DNA of 54,804 bases from a bacterium. GTDB lineage: Bacteria > Patescibacteriota > Minisyncoccia > UBA11713 > 2-01-FULL-45-33. The DNA lies in contig JAUSHV010000045.1 of the NCBI GenBank assembly GCA_030648495.1, positions 1-54,804 on the forward strand, written 5' to 3'. The position numbers and the translations under genes were made by a program. The notes below the pieces were generated by a model that saw only the letters and a list, made by a program, of their open reading frames with translations, did not search any database and was not told where the DNA came from. Positions 25,821 to 35,199 of this stretch are shown here, one piece after another (position 1 is the stretch's first letter; the number at the start of each line of letters is the position of its first letter).

Positions 25821-26963
25821 TTAAAATATCTGATAAATTAGCTCATAAAGTATACCCAGAGAAAAAATTGTGATCAAAAAATACTGCTGAATTTTCCCGA
25901 AGCTAAGAAGTCTGTTTTTAACAAGCCCCATAACCCTCATTCTTCTCAAAATATAAACTACCATAATGCCGTCGAAAGCCACAAATGTTCCGCCCATTAT
26001 GGAAATAAGCCTCAGAAAATCTTTTGCTCCGGCCAAAAAAAGAATAACCGGTATAGAGAGCGACGTGACCCATGCCGCAACCGGCGTTAACCGCAGATCC
26101 AGTTTATATATCGCATTAAGATTGTACCCCAGCGCCAAATAAGACCTGAAGATGGATAAAAAACCGAGCAACGCGCCTATTTTTACTATATTTGGGCCCA
26201 GAATACCGATAAGTCCTGTCATCGAGTCTTTTGACACTTCGCCGTCGCTTGCCATTAAGACTCCGAACGAAAATATGAGATAAAAAACAAATGATACGAC
26301 AGTGCCGAAAATAATCGCAAGCTTCAATAGCCGGCCGGTTTCAGACCCGTCTTTTTTTCTGAAAATATCGCGCGCGTCCGCAATGGCAGCGAGCCCCGCC
26401 AGCGCAAAAACAAATATACCGAAAGAAAAAAAACGGTCCGTTCCGAATAAATTTATGTTTTGAAAGCTTCCGCTGCCGTACGACAGCAAAGAAATAAAAA
26501 TAATTATCGCTATAAGGGGAATTGTCAAAACAAAATCTATAAAACCGATTCCCTCGATACTTTCAAATAATAGCAACAAAGACGCTGCGACGAAAAAAAC
26601 AAGAGACCAAATAAAAGGGCTTCCGCCTAAAAGTATGCCTAAAAAAATTCCGCCAACACCGCCAAAAATCAAAAGTGCGGTATTAAAACCCAATACCTGG
26701 GAAAGCGTAGCGAGCGAGCCGAAAAACTTACCCAGATATTTTTTAACGTACCCCGGTAAGCGATGCAGGCCGTCTGAATTTATGACGATCTCGCCATATG
26801 CCAAGTGTACCCCCAATATGCCGAAGAATGCCAAAAACGCCGTAATCAGGCCCCAGACCATTCCGGACACATTAATCGCGTAAGGCAATACGAAAATGCC
26901 TGACCCGATGATCATGCCCAAGATTAAGCCGGTGGCTTCCAAAAACTGGGCGCTAAAAAACAT
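25821..26963 (-). CDS. Polytopic membrane transporter (amino-acid permease-like)
   Basis: 380 aa, ~11 TM segments, N-terminal GMIIGSGIFVLPYA. Confidence 0.4.
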   Translation of the reverse strand: MFFSAQFLEATGLILGMIIGSGIFVLPYAINVSGMVWGLITAFLAFFGILGVHLAYGEIVINSDGLHRLPGYVKKYLGKFFGSLATLSQVLGFNTALLIFGGVGGIFLGILLGGSPFIWSLVFFVAASLLLLFESIEGIGFIDFVLTIPLIAIIIFISLLSYGSGSFQNINLFGTDRFFSFGIFVFALAGLAAIADARDIFRKKDGSETGRLLKLAIIFGTVVSFVFYLIFSFGVLMASDGEVSKDSMTGLIGILGPNIVKIGALLGFLSIFRSYLALGYNLNAIYKLDLRLTPVAAWVTSLSIPVILFLAGAKDFLRLISIMGGTFVAFDGIMVVYILRRMRVMGLVKNRLLSFGKIQQYFLITIFSLGILYELIYQIF

Positions 26964-26965
26964 CC

Positions 26966-27418
26966 TTATTGCATATCATTATGAATATAGTTCTCGAAAG
27001 GCCTAAGCCCAAAAAGCACCAAGAGAACCAATATCGTAGTATAAGTAGCAATTGCAAAAAAACCGAATCCGGTTGCCATGCCGATTGCGGCCGCAACCCA
27101 AAGCCCGGCGGCGGTAGTGAGGCCTTCCAAATGTTCGCCTTTTTGCATTATGAGTCCCCCGCCGAGAAAACCTATACCCACGACGATGTTCGCGATTAAA
27201 TGATAATCGTATCCTGAAACTCCGTTAACGGACGGGAATAAATGATAAACATCTATCGACACGGTGGTAAATAGCGCTGCGCCGATAGTCACAAGCATAT
27301 AAGTCCTCAGCCCCGCCGGTTTGCCGCGCCACTCACGCTCAAACCCAATAAGCATTCCTAAAACCGCAGCTACGGTCAGCCGAGAGATTATTTGTAATGT
27401 AAGCGGATCTAACAACAT
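26966..27418 (-). CDS. MgtC/SapB-family membrane protein
   Basis: REWRGKPAGLRTYMLVTIGAALF and GLTTAAGLWVAAAIG. Confidence 0.75.
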   Translation of the reverse strand: MLLDPLTLQIISRLTVAAVLGMLIGFEREWRGKPAGLRTYMLVTIGAALFTTVSIDVYHLFPSVNGVSGYDYHLIANIVVGIGFLGGGLIMQKGEHLEGLTTAAGLWVAAAIGMATGFGFFAIATYTTILVLLVLFGLRPFENYIHNDMQ

Positions 27419-27428
27419 AAAAATGTTT

Positions 27429-28001
27429 TTAAACTTTAATTAATTTTTCTTTTTTTATAAGTTCGATAACCTTTCCAACCAAACGCTTCGGGTCAGTATC
27501 ATAAACAATGTTCCCCGGGCCTCTTTTTGATTTTTCAATTATATCTTTAATTACATCTGTTGAGCCGCCGGAACCGTCTAAAACTCCTATTGGCTTTCCG
27601 TCCTCAAGCGCAATTGTAAATTCATTGATAGTTCCCCATCTGCCACAGCCGACTATCACAGCGTCTGCCGATTTTACCAAAAGCAAATTTCTGCCCGAAT
27701 ACCCGAAGCCTGTATAAATAATAATATCCATATAATCCACAGGCAGAAGATAATGTTCTAGATGCTCTTTTTCCGAACCTGCGGGAGAAATTCCGATGTT
27801 AAAACCTCCGGCTTCTTTAGCGCCGATTGCCGCCCAATAAGGAAAGCCTGTCGTGGCGCCATTTACCAAGACAGCACCGTTTTTGACGATTTCACTCCCC
27901 AAGATCTTGGCTTTATCTAGCGCATCCGGCGCACAATGCCCCGTCTCGGCCGCCCCAGAGACGCAAATCTTGTATTTAAGATGTATATGCTGATTGTCCA
28001 T
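27429..28001 (-). CDS. LOG/SLOG-type Rossmann protein (TIGR00725-like)
   Basis: ICVSGAAETG, LVNGATTGFPYWAA, VGCGRWGTINEF. Confidence 0.6.
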   Translation of the reverse strand: MDNQHIHLKYKICVSGAAETGHCAPDALDKAKILGSEIVKNGAVLVNGATTGFPYWAAIGAKEAGGFNIGISPAGSEKEHLEHYLLPVDYMDIIIYTGFGYSGRNLLLVKSADAVIVGCGRWGTINEFTIALEDGKPIGVLDGSGGSTDVIKDIIEKSKRGPGNIVYDTDPKRLVGKVIELIKKEKLIKV

Positions 28002-28004
28002 ATT

Positions 28005-29348
28005 TTATAGTATAACACTCTCTCCGTATTTTGGCGCTTCGGCGTCGATGCCCAGATAGTCGCGGATTTTTTGGACCATGGCTAAAGACGCTTTTGGTTC
28101 GCCGTGAATAGTAAAAACTTTTTTAAGACTATCTACGTGACTATTTATAAATTCAAACAGCGATACCTCATCAGGATGCGAAGAGTACCCATAAATAACC
28201 TCTTTATTACATCTTATCGGCACATCTTCCCCGAAAATCTTTACTGAAACCGCACCATCCGCGATACGTCTTCCCAATGAGCCGGGGGCCTGATAGCCGA
28301 TGAAAAGAATGGTACTTTTGGGATCAGAAAGATATCTCCTTTCGTGGTGCAATATCCTGCCCCCGGTGGACATTCCCGAACCTGCAATAATAATTTTTGG
28401 CAAAGGCGCGGAATTGATTGCAATAGAATCCTCCGTGGTCAGCGAAAAATGAACCATGGGAAGCTTAAAAAATGAAAATGATTCTTTATCGACATAAGCG
28501 CGGTTGAGATAAGAATAATATTTTTGATAAATTTCCGTTGCGTGTATCGCGAGCGGACTATCTAAAAAAATCTGCATATTAGGTATTTGTTTATTCCTTA
28601 ACATGTCGCTAATCTCCCACAAAAGTTCTTGGGTACGCTCAATCGAAAAGGCCGGTATCATAAGCACTCCTCCCTGCACTACGCTTTGTTCAATAACCCG
28701 CTCAAGTTTCAGCTTTTTTTCCGCAACGCCTTCGTGCTCGCGGTCGCCGTAAGTGGACTCCGTTATCAAATAGTCCGGGCTTGGAACTTTAGAAATACCA
28801 AGAAGCAAGGGGTTTGTCGGATTGCCAAGGTCTCCGGTAAACAAAATCTTTTTTGAGTCGACTTCCGCCATAATCATGGCCGAGCCCAAAACATGCCCTG
28901 CATCGTAAAGAGTGAAAGACATGTCGCCGACACTTACCGTGTCGTGATAATTTTTACCCTCCCAAAGAGCCATGGCTTTGTCCACATCCGCTTCAACATA
29001 TAAAATTTCTTCTTTTTCACGTTCAGCCTCTTTTGCCAACACACCGACACTGTCTTTTAACATCAATTGAGCGAGGTCCCGCGTCGGATAGGTAGAATAG
29101 ATTTTTCCCTTAAATCCTTCTTTGATTAGTTTCGGAATCCTGCCGGTATGGTCAACGTGCGCGTGAGTGATAAAAAGCGCGTCAATGCCTTTCGGATCAA
29201 ACGGAAATGGCTCTCTATTTTTTGTATTTGAAAAACGCGGAGACTGAAAAAGCCCGCAGTCTATAAGCACCTTGGTTTTATCATCTTCAATAAGGAAGCA
29301 GCTTCCGGTGACTTCCTGTGCCGCTCCAAAAAATGAAAGCTTAACCAT
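28005..29348 (-). CDS. MBL-fold beta-CASP RNA-metabolising hydrolase
   Basis: ITHAHVDHTG (HxHxDH), beta-CASP middle domain, C-terminal HGEP. Track ORF trimmed to MVKLSFFGAAQEVTGSC. Confidence 0.8.
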   Translation of the reverse strand: MVKLSFFGAAQEVTGSCFLIEDDKTKVLIDCGLFQSPRFSNTKNREPFPFDPKGIDALFITHAHVDHTGRIPKLIKEGFKGKIYSTYPTRDLAQLMLKDSVGVLAKEAEREKEEILYVEADVDKAMALWEGKNYHDTVSVGDMSFTLYDAGHVLGSAMIMAEVDSKKILFTGDLGNPTNPLLLGISKVPSPDYLITESTYGDREHEGVAEKKLKLERVIEQSVVQGGVLMIPAFSIERTQELLWEISDMLRNKQIPNMQIFLDSPLAIHATEIYQKYYSYLNRAYVDKESFSFFKLPMVHFSLTTEDSIAINSAPLPKIIIAGSGMSTGGRILHHERRYLSDPKSTILFIGYQAPGSLGRRIADGAVSVKIFGEDVPIRCNKEVIYGYSSHPDEVSLFEFINSHVDSLKKVFTIHGEPKASLAMVQKIRDYLGIDAEAPKYGESVIL

Positions 29349-29754
29349 AAAATTTATTATACAATAAAAACGCCGTTGACCCGCCGAAAAAATCAAGCAA
29401 GAGGTCGGACAAGGTGTCTTCGTATACGCCCGACAAATAAGTAAATCCGGTATGCATAATGAACCTATCCAGAATAAATTCAAAAAATTCCCAGAAAACC
29501 CCAATAAACATCACAAAACCGATACCTGCCAAAAATAAGAAAAAAAACTTCCGCAAACCGGCGATTTCCGCATTCAAGCCTTTTCCAAAAGCCCGCCACA
29601 AGACATACACCGAAAATCCCCCAAAAAAATGGAATGGTATATCTAACCACTTAATCAGAAAAAAAAGTCCGTAATTGAGCCCGATAACCCACGCGCCGAA
29701 AAGCAGAATCAATAAAATAAAAGCAAAAGTATAAGAAACAAAAAAACTTCTCAT
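29341..29754 (-). CDS. Small membrane protein, unknown function
   Basis: 137 aa, ~4 TM segments, WEFFEFILD motif. Confidence 0.45.
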   Translation of the reverse strand: MRSFFVSYTFAFILLILLFGAWVIGLNYGLFFLIKWLDIPFHFFGGFSVYVLWRAFGKGLNAEIAGLRKFFFLFLAGIGFVMFIGVFWEFFEFILDRFIMHTGFTYLSGVYEDTLSDLLLDFFGGSTAFLLYNKFYG

Positions 29755-30209
29755 TTTTTGGAAATTATTTTTTCAACCATTGCAATCTCATCCCAAATGC
29801 CTTCAATGAGCTCGTACTCTCTGGCCTCTTCGAGCGAAACCCATTTATAATCGGTCAAATCTTTACAAAGCATTACCTCTCCGCTTTTCCAATTACACCA
29901 ATAAGATAACGTAATCACCGGGAATCCATCAGGTCTGACAAATAATAAATCGGTTAAATAACTTGGATTTTCTATTTCCAAACCAACTTCCTCGCGCACC
30001 TCTTTTGCCAATAGCCAATTTATTATTCCATACCACGCGTCCTTAGTTGTTTTAGGAACATCTTTATATTCCGAATAAACCAACTTTCCGCCGGGCACTG
30101 TCCACATATTCGGATAAGCTTTCTCCGTTGGCGCGCGCTTGGCAATTAAATATTTTCCGTCGCGGACGATTATGGCGGTAGCAACAACAAAATGCAATCT
30201 AGGATCCAT
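29751..30209 (-). CDS. NUDIX hydrolase
   Basis: Nudix box GGKLVYSEY..LAKEVREEVGLEI. Confidence 0.8.
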   Translation of the reverse strand: MDPRLHFVVATAIIVRDGKYLIAKRAPTEKAYPNMWTVPGGKLVYSEYKDVPKTTKDAWYGIINWLLAKEVREEVGLEIENPSYLTDLLFVRPDGFPVITLSYWCNWKSGEVMLCKDLTDYKWVSLEEAREYELIEGIWDEIAMVEKIISKK

Positions 30210-30814
30210 TACTCGAGTATGCCATCTAAGTTAATATCGTAAAGAATCGCTTCTCCTACCAATTTATATTTTATGAGCTCCTCTTTATTAAACCAGAGAA
30301 CAATTTCTTTTTCGGCGTCATCAGTTGAACCGGAAGCGTGTATTAGATTTCTTACGGCCCTTCCGTCAATATCCGAAACCTCGTATGAGTCTATTGTAAG
30401 GTCTCCGCGGATAGTACCCACATCCGAAGTTAAAGGCTCCGTTCCTCCGGTAATTTTTCTCACAACTCCTACCGCGTGCATCCCCTGCCAAACCATAGCA
30501 ACTACCGGACCCTGTACCATGTATTTTTTCAGGTTACCCAAAATAATCTCGGTAACTTTCAGCGGGTCTTCCGAAGGAGGGCTTTTCCCTTTTTTCAGAT
30601 ACGATTCAATCGTCTTTTTCCCAGTTTTCATGCGCCATTCCGGATCCACCAAATAATGGCGCTCCACGAGTTCCGCCGTTGGAATAAGCATTTTCATGGC
30701 CGCAAGTTTTAATCCGCTGCGCTCATAACGGCAAATTATCTCGCCAATCAGGCTTCTTTGAACTCCGTCGGGTTTTATTAAAACCAAAGTTCGCTCTTCT
30801 TTTGGGTGTGTCAT
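30209..30814 (-). CDS. ndk: Nucleoside-diphosphate kinase (long form)
   Basis: RTLVLIKPDGVQR and NLIHASGS (active-site His), with a ~45-aa internal insertion. Confidence 0.8.
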   Translation of the reverse strand: MTHPKEERTLVLIKPDGVQRSLIGEIICRYERSGLKLAAMKMLIPTAELVERHYLVDPEWRMKTGKKTIESYLKKGKSPPSEDPLKVTEIILGNLKKYMVQGPVVAMVWQGMHAVGVVRKITGGTEPLTSDVGTIRGDLTIDSYEVSDIDGRAVRNLIHASGSTDDAEKEIVLWFNKEELIKYKLVGEAILYDINLDGILE

Positions 30815-30845
30815 AATAAAGCCAGTTTAAAGAATTTTTGGTTAT

Positions 30846-30873
30846 TTGACAAGGAATAAAATACTGCTAAGCT
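30846..30873 (+). promoter_or_regulatory. Candidate promoter for the 30898 gene
   Basis: TTGACA, 16-nt spacer, extended -10 TGcTAAGCT. Confidence 0.4.
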
Positions 30874-30897
30874 TGGGGAAGATGTTGAGGAAAAACA

Positions 30898-31329
30898 ATG
30901 AAAATCTATTTAATTTGCCCCGTAAGAAAATGCGGAAAAAGAGAAAGAAAAATAATAGGAAAATATGTTAGCGGGTTGGAAGCCGCCGGAAATAAAGTTT
31001 TTTGGGCAGACAGAGACGTTGAGCAAAATGACGATACCGGCATCGGCATCATCACTGCGGAACGGCAAGCAATAAAAGAAGCTGACGAAATTCATGTCTG
31101 GTGGAAACACAAGCCCAGTGGCGCGTCGAAATCCGAGGGTTCGGTTTTTGACTTCGGCATGGCTTGGATGGCAATACTTTTAATGCCCGGAAAAAAAATA
31201 AGGATTGCCAACCCGGAAATGGTAAAAGCGCCGCCGCACAAAAGCTATACAACCGTGCTTGTGGCATTGGTTGCAGCCGCGCGCCACGCAGAGTTGCTTT
31301 CTCAATATGAGGAATATAAATCAAAATAG
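30898..31329 (+). CDS. Hypothetical Rossmann-like protein, possibly nucleoside 2-deoxyribosyltransferase-like
   Basis: MKIYLICPVR.. N-terminus and an acidic GSVFDFGMAW block. The family assignment is weak. Confidence 0.35.
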   Translation: MKIYLICPVRKCGKRERKIIGKYVSGLEAAGNKVFWADRDVEQNDDTGIGIITAERQAIKEADEIHVWWKHKPSGASKSEGSVFDFGMAWMAILLMPGKKIRIANPEMVKAPPHKSYTTVLVALVAAARHAELLSQYEEYKSK

Positions 31330-31354
31330 CCCGCTACAGGGCTATTTTTATTTT
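31327..31354 (+). terminator. Intrinsic (bidirectional) terminator
   Basis: tagccc-gctaca-gggcta followed by tttttatttt. Confidence 0.7.
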
Positions 31355-32232
31355 CCCGAAATTAATTTCAATGTGCCGTTGCTAATGCTTAACTTAATCG
31401 TTCCGTCCAAGTCAGTGCGGAAAATTTTTGCACCGATAGCTTCCAGATTTGAAAGTGTTTGTTGGGTAGGATGTCCGTAACGATTTTTTGCGCCAACCGA
31501 AATTATGGCATATTCGGGTTTTGTGGCTTCGAGAAAAAATGTATTGCTTGAAGTCTTAGAACCGTGATGCCCGACCTTTAAAACATCTATGTCGCCGACC
31601 GCGTCCTCATAAACAAGCCGCGCCTCTATATTTTTCTCCGCATCTCCCATAAATAAGATTTTTTTGTCTTCAAAATTAAGCTCGCCGACGACGGTGGCGT
31701 CATGCACGTTTTTAAGGACCTCTCCATCATACGAGCGTTCCGGATACAAAAATTTCAAAACTGCGCCACCATAGAAATACATTTCTACAGGGCTATCAAT
31801 AATAATTTTTTTAATATTTTTAGCTTTTATAATCCGCTCAAATTCATGATATTCAGCGGTGTTATAGTCGGCGCCGCTCTCTATTACCATACCGATCTTG
31901 TATCGATTAAGCACATCTATAAGCCCTGTAACATGGTCGGCGTGTTGATGCGTGAGTATTACCAAATCAATTGAATTATCATAGTACGGCATTACACGAC
32001 CTAACTCCGAAAGAACTTTTGTGTTCGGTCCGCCATCGATTAATATTTGTGTGCCGTCCTTGGCCGATATAAATTCAGAATCTCCCTGCCCCACATCAAA
32101 AAAATAAACAGAGAGATCCGGTTCCGCCGCTTTTTTAAAAACAGAGGACCAAATAACAAAATTAAAACCGAAAAACAACAATATTACACAGCTTAAAATT
32201 TGTTTTCTATAAATTTCAAAAAACTTTCGCAT
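31348..32232 (-). CDS. comEC: ComEC C-terminal metallo-beta-lactamase domain, as a separate ORF
   Basis: N-terminal TM segment, FFDVGQGDS, ILTHQHADHV, VGHHGS. Confidence 0.8.
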   Translation of the reverse strand: MRKFFEIYRKQILSCVILLFFGFNFVIWSSVFKKAAEPDLSVYFFDVGQGDSEFISAKDGTQILIDGGPNTKVLSELGRVMPYYDNSIDLVILTHQHADHVTGLIDVLNRYKIGMVIESGADYNTAEYHEFERIIKAKNIKKIIIDSPVEMYFYGGAVLKFLYPERSYDGEVLKNVHDATVVGELNFEDKKILFMGDAEKNIEARLVYEDAVGDIDVLKVGHHGSKTSSNTFFLEATKPEYAIISVGAKNRYGHPTQQTLSNLEAIGAKIFRTDLDGTIKLSISNGTLKLISGK

Positions 32233-33823
32233 AATGTTTGTATGCCCAATAAAAAAGACATGCGTAAACCGACGCCAGCAAGAAGAAAGGCAAAAAACTA
32301 AATTGAATCATGCTAAAAGAAAGCGACCCGAAAAATTTAACAAAATAGATTTGATAAGAAATCAATAAGTAAGCCGCGCTTGCGATGATTTTTCCTAAAA
32401 ACACGGAGGCGAAAGCTGATATCGCACCTAAAAAACTAAAAAGCATAACGGCAGGCACCGCCCATAAAACAAGTATATTGACCAATGGGGAAAACCAAGA
32501 AATCGCCCCACCCCAGGATAAAAGCAGCGGCATAACGAAAATTTGCGCCGCAAAAGAAGATGAGGCGTTTTCCCGCAAACCGAAGGCTTTGGGCAGAAAC
32601 CAAAAAAACTTTTTAAAAAAAGGCGATGCGACAATAAGGCCTAGTGTTGCTAAAAAAGAAAGCTGAAACCCACGGTCAAAACGCATGAGCATCGGATTCC
32701 ATAAAACCATCAGAAACGCCGCCCAAATCAAGGCCAAGAGCGCGATATTTTTCCGCCCGCTTTTTAACGCCAAAAGTCCGATTATAGCCATAACAGCTGA
32801 ACGCACAGCTGCGGCCTCTGCCCCGGACATTAATGTAAAAGCCAAAATGGCAAATATTGCCAAACTCCATGCCGCCGTTTCAGAAACAATAAATCCAAAA
32901 AACGCCATTACAAATACTCCGACAATCGTAATATTGTAGCCCGACAAAACCAATATATGGATAGTCCCGCTTTTTCTAAAATCATCAATTAAATCTTTGT
33001 CCAAGACGCCCTGGTTTCCTAAAAGCATCCCGTCGGCCAAAGAAGCGTGCGGTTCAGGTAAAATATTTCTTAGATTTTCTTCAAATTTATCTTTGATGAA
33101 GAAAAGCGCGCTCTTTGCCTTAGTACCAAACAAAGTTTGTGTTTTCGTCAAATCGCTGACTTCAGGAAAAACCATCTCCGCGTAAATTTCGCTCTTTGCC
33201 AGATATTTTTTAACATCAAAATTTCCGAAGTCTTCCGGCTCCAAAATTTTTCCTTTTATCTCCAAAGTGTCGCCGTATTTATACTGCGGATAGATTCTTT
33301 TCGTTACCAAAATGCGGCCGAGGTCCGTCGAAACAACTATGCGCTGGGAATTTTCTGTCAGTTTCGCGGAGATAACCATGCCGCTCAAATTCATAACTTC
33401 ATCGTAATGCAAATGCAATTCGTCTTTTGCAATATTATTTTCAAAATATGAAAAACGCAGGATGCCGAGGAGGAAAAAGAAAATGAGCAGACAAAGCATT
33501 GCGCCCTTTACCTCAGCACCAAAGTTTCCAAGGACACGCATATTTTTCTGCTGAAAAATTTCTCTGCTCGTCCCGCCATGGCGGGACTGCGCAAGGTCTT
33601 GAAAACTTTGTGCTTTCGGTTCAGGCGAGCGCTGTTCGTATTTCGAATGCGCGTCGGAGCCCCCGAAGAGAGGGTTAAGCGCGAGAAATACGAATAGCGC
33701 AAGCATGAACCCTAACAAACCAAAAACCAAATAATTAGGAATATCAAAAAACGAGCGAAGCGCTACTCCGGTCAAAAACGCAAGAATTAAAAATGGGATT
33801 TTAAAATAAGCGCGCTGGTTCAT
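32216..33823 (-). CDS. comEC: ComEC/Rec2 competence channel, membrane domain
   Basis: 535 aa polytopic protein with an OB-like N-domain and the competence domain (HILVLSGYNITIV..). Overlaps the MBL ORF by 17 nt. Confidence 0.8.
   Translation of the reverse strand: MNQRAYFKIPFLILAFLTGVALRSFFDIPNYLVFGLLGFMLALFVFLALNPLFGGSDAHSKYEQRSPEPKAQSFQDLAQSRHGGTSREIFQQKNMRVLGNFGAEVKGAMLCLLIFFFLLGILRFSYFENNIAKDELHLHYDEVMNLSGMVISAKLTENSQRIVVSTDLGRILVTKRIYPQYKYGDTLEIKGKILEPEDFGNFDVKKYLAKSEIYAEMVFPEVSDLTKTQTLFGTKAKSALFFIKDKFEENLRNILPEPHASLADGMLLGNQGVLDKDLIDDFRKSGTIHILVLSGYNITIVGVFVMAFFGFIVSETAAWSLAIFAILAFTLMSGAEAAAVRSAVMAIIGLLALKSGRKNIALLALIWAAFLMVLWNPMLMRFDRGFQLSFLATLGLIVASPFFKKFFWFLPKAFGLRENASSSFAAQIFVMPLLLSWGGAISWFSPLVNILVLWAVPAVMLFSFLGAISAFASVFLGKIIASAAYLLISYQIYFVKFFGSLSFSMIQFSFLPFFLLASVYACLFYWAYKHYAKVF
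33517..33612 (-). repeat. Repeat family A, copy 4, in frame inside comEC
   Basis: rc = cacaaagttttcaagaccttgcgcag-TCCCGCCatGGCGGGA-cgagcagagaaat-TTTTCagcaGAAAA-atatgcgtgtccttggaaactttggtg. Confidence 0.85.
33623..33690 (-). repeat. Repeat family B copy, in frame inside comEC and adjacent to repeat A
   Basis: rc(33651-33678) matches 4727-4754 at 27 of 28 positions. Shares tctcgcgc and cgctcgcct. Confidence 0.8.
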
Positions 33824-34250
33824 TGTCTAAGGCCTCGTTCACGAGCCTATCCGCATCTTTGTTCTTTTCCCTCGGAACGTGGTTAAAAGACACTCTAGCA
33901 AAATCCAATTTTAAGTTCCAGACCGCCATAAAAAGCGGCACAATGTGCTCTGTTTCCACCTTGTATTGCCCGGAGAGCTGGCGCACAACCAATTCCGAAT
34001 CCAGTCTCATCTCTACCTCCATTTTTTTGGTTTTTTCTTTTCCGTAGAGAGCTTTTATTTTTTTGAGCGCCGAAATTACGGCGGCGTATTCGGCTTCATT
34101 GTTTGTCTTAATCCCAAGCCTATCGCCGTATTCTTTAATCAAATTACCTTCCGCGTCTTGTATATATACGCCAATCGCCGCTTCTCCCGGATTCCCCCGC
34201 GATCCACCGTCGGTATAAGTGATTATTTTATTTGTAATTTCATTAGGCAT
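33801..34250 (-). CDS. rnhA: Ribonuclease H (RNase HI-like)
   Basis: YTDGGSRGNPGEAAIG, TNNEAEYAAVISAL, KNKDADRL. Confidence 0.8.
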   Translation of the reverse strand: MPNEITNKIITYTDGGSRGNPGEAAIGVYIQDAEGNLIKEYGDRLGIKTNNEAEYAAVISALKKIKALYGKEKTKKMEVEMRLDSELVVRQLSGQYKVETEHIVPLFMAVWNLKLDFARVSFNHVPREKNKDADRLVNEALDNEPARLF

Positions 34251-35199
34251 GTTTATTTAAATAGGCGATAAGTTGGGGCAGAGCGCTTAATGCCTTTTCT
34301 TTAGTTTTAAAAGGAGCTGAACCCGCATAAGGATGGCCGCCTCCGCCGTAATTTTTTTCAAGAAACCAACCGATGTCGGCCGGCTTTTTGGGCGAATTCC
34401 AAGGATTTACACCGACAGCCAAAATAAAAATTTTTCCATGTTGTACAAAACGTATGGAATAATTGGACTTCGGATAAAAATAATAAGGCGCAAAACGCAC
34501 GCCTATAACTTTTCTTTCTAAATTATCTATAAAAACGGTTTTGCCCTGCAAAATCAACATTTTTTTCATCTGCAGTAACGATTTATCAAACTTTTTTTTA
34601 TATTTTATAAAACCCCTTCTTACCCACGGTAAATTCGCGGCGGAAGCCAAGGGCCTTTTGCTTAAAACATCAATCAACTGTTTTTGGCGACTCAACGAAA
34701 CCTTGCTTTCGTTATCGAGAAAAAAACCTATCTGAAAAGCAGGAGATTTTAATTCCAGTAAATCTTTCACGGAAATTTTCTTAGAATCAATCCTATCTAT
34801 AATATCGGCCCATTTCGCTAGCTCTTTAAGACGCACCGGGATTTTGGATTCTGTGCGCGAAGACAATGTCCTTAAAATCAATCCGGTACAAGATGGGCTT
34901 TTTGTGTCTAGGATATGCCAATCATCTTTTCGGAATTTTTTCTCCCAATTGTTATCGATAAAAGTCGTCGGATGGTGGTCAAACCAAATTTTAGCTCCGG
35001 GGTGATATAAAATATCGGTTATAGCCGAAGGTTGCTCCATTTTGAAGCTTCTCCACCATTTTTTATTTACTGGGTGCTGGAGCGGAATGTATTTTGCAAA
35101 ATCATCTCCCCGCAAATTCAAAAAGTACTTGAGCGTCGCCGCCGACGCTGCTCCATCTAGACAATTTGCATGAAAGTAAATATCGTATTTCATATTCAT
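34243..35199 (-). CDS. DHH/DHHA1-like phosphoesterase (putative)
   Basis: FHANCLDGAASAA near the N-terminus and GGGGHPYAGS near the C-terminus. Trimmed to MNMKYDIY, whose start overlaps the upstream stop. Confidence 0.4.
   Translation of the reverse strand: MNMKYDIYFHANCLDGAASAATLKYFLNLRGDDFAKYIPLQHPVNKKWWRSFKMEQPSAITDILYHPGAKIWFDHHPTTFIDNNWEKKFRKDDWHILDTKSPSCTGLILRTLSSRTESKIPVRLKELAKWADIIDRIDSKKISVKDLLELKSPAFQIGFFLDNESKVSLSRQKQLIDVLSKRPLASAANLPWVRRGFIKYKKKFDKSLLQMKKMLILQGKTVFIDNLERKVIGVRFAPYYFYPKSNYSIRFVQHGKIFILAVGVNPWNSPKKPADIGWFLEKNYGGGGHPYAGSAPFKTKEKALSALPQLIAYLNKHA

Noticed and set aside
28005-29504. N-terminally extended track ORFs: beta-CASP 29504, polX 22351, rplP 46976, adk 41131, rplR 43702, rplN 46031, thrC 6356, permease 17466.
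   Set aside because: The extensions overlap upstream genes or terminators and lack homology-like sequence. Conserved N-termini begin at internal Met codons, so the starts were trimmed.
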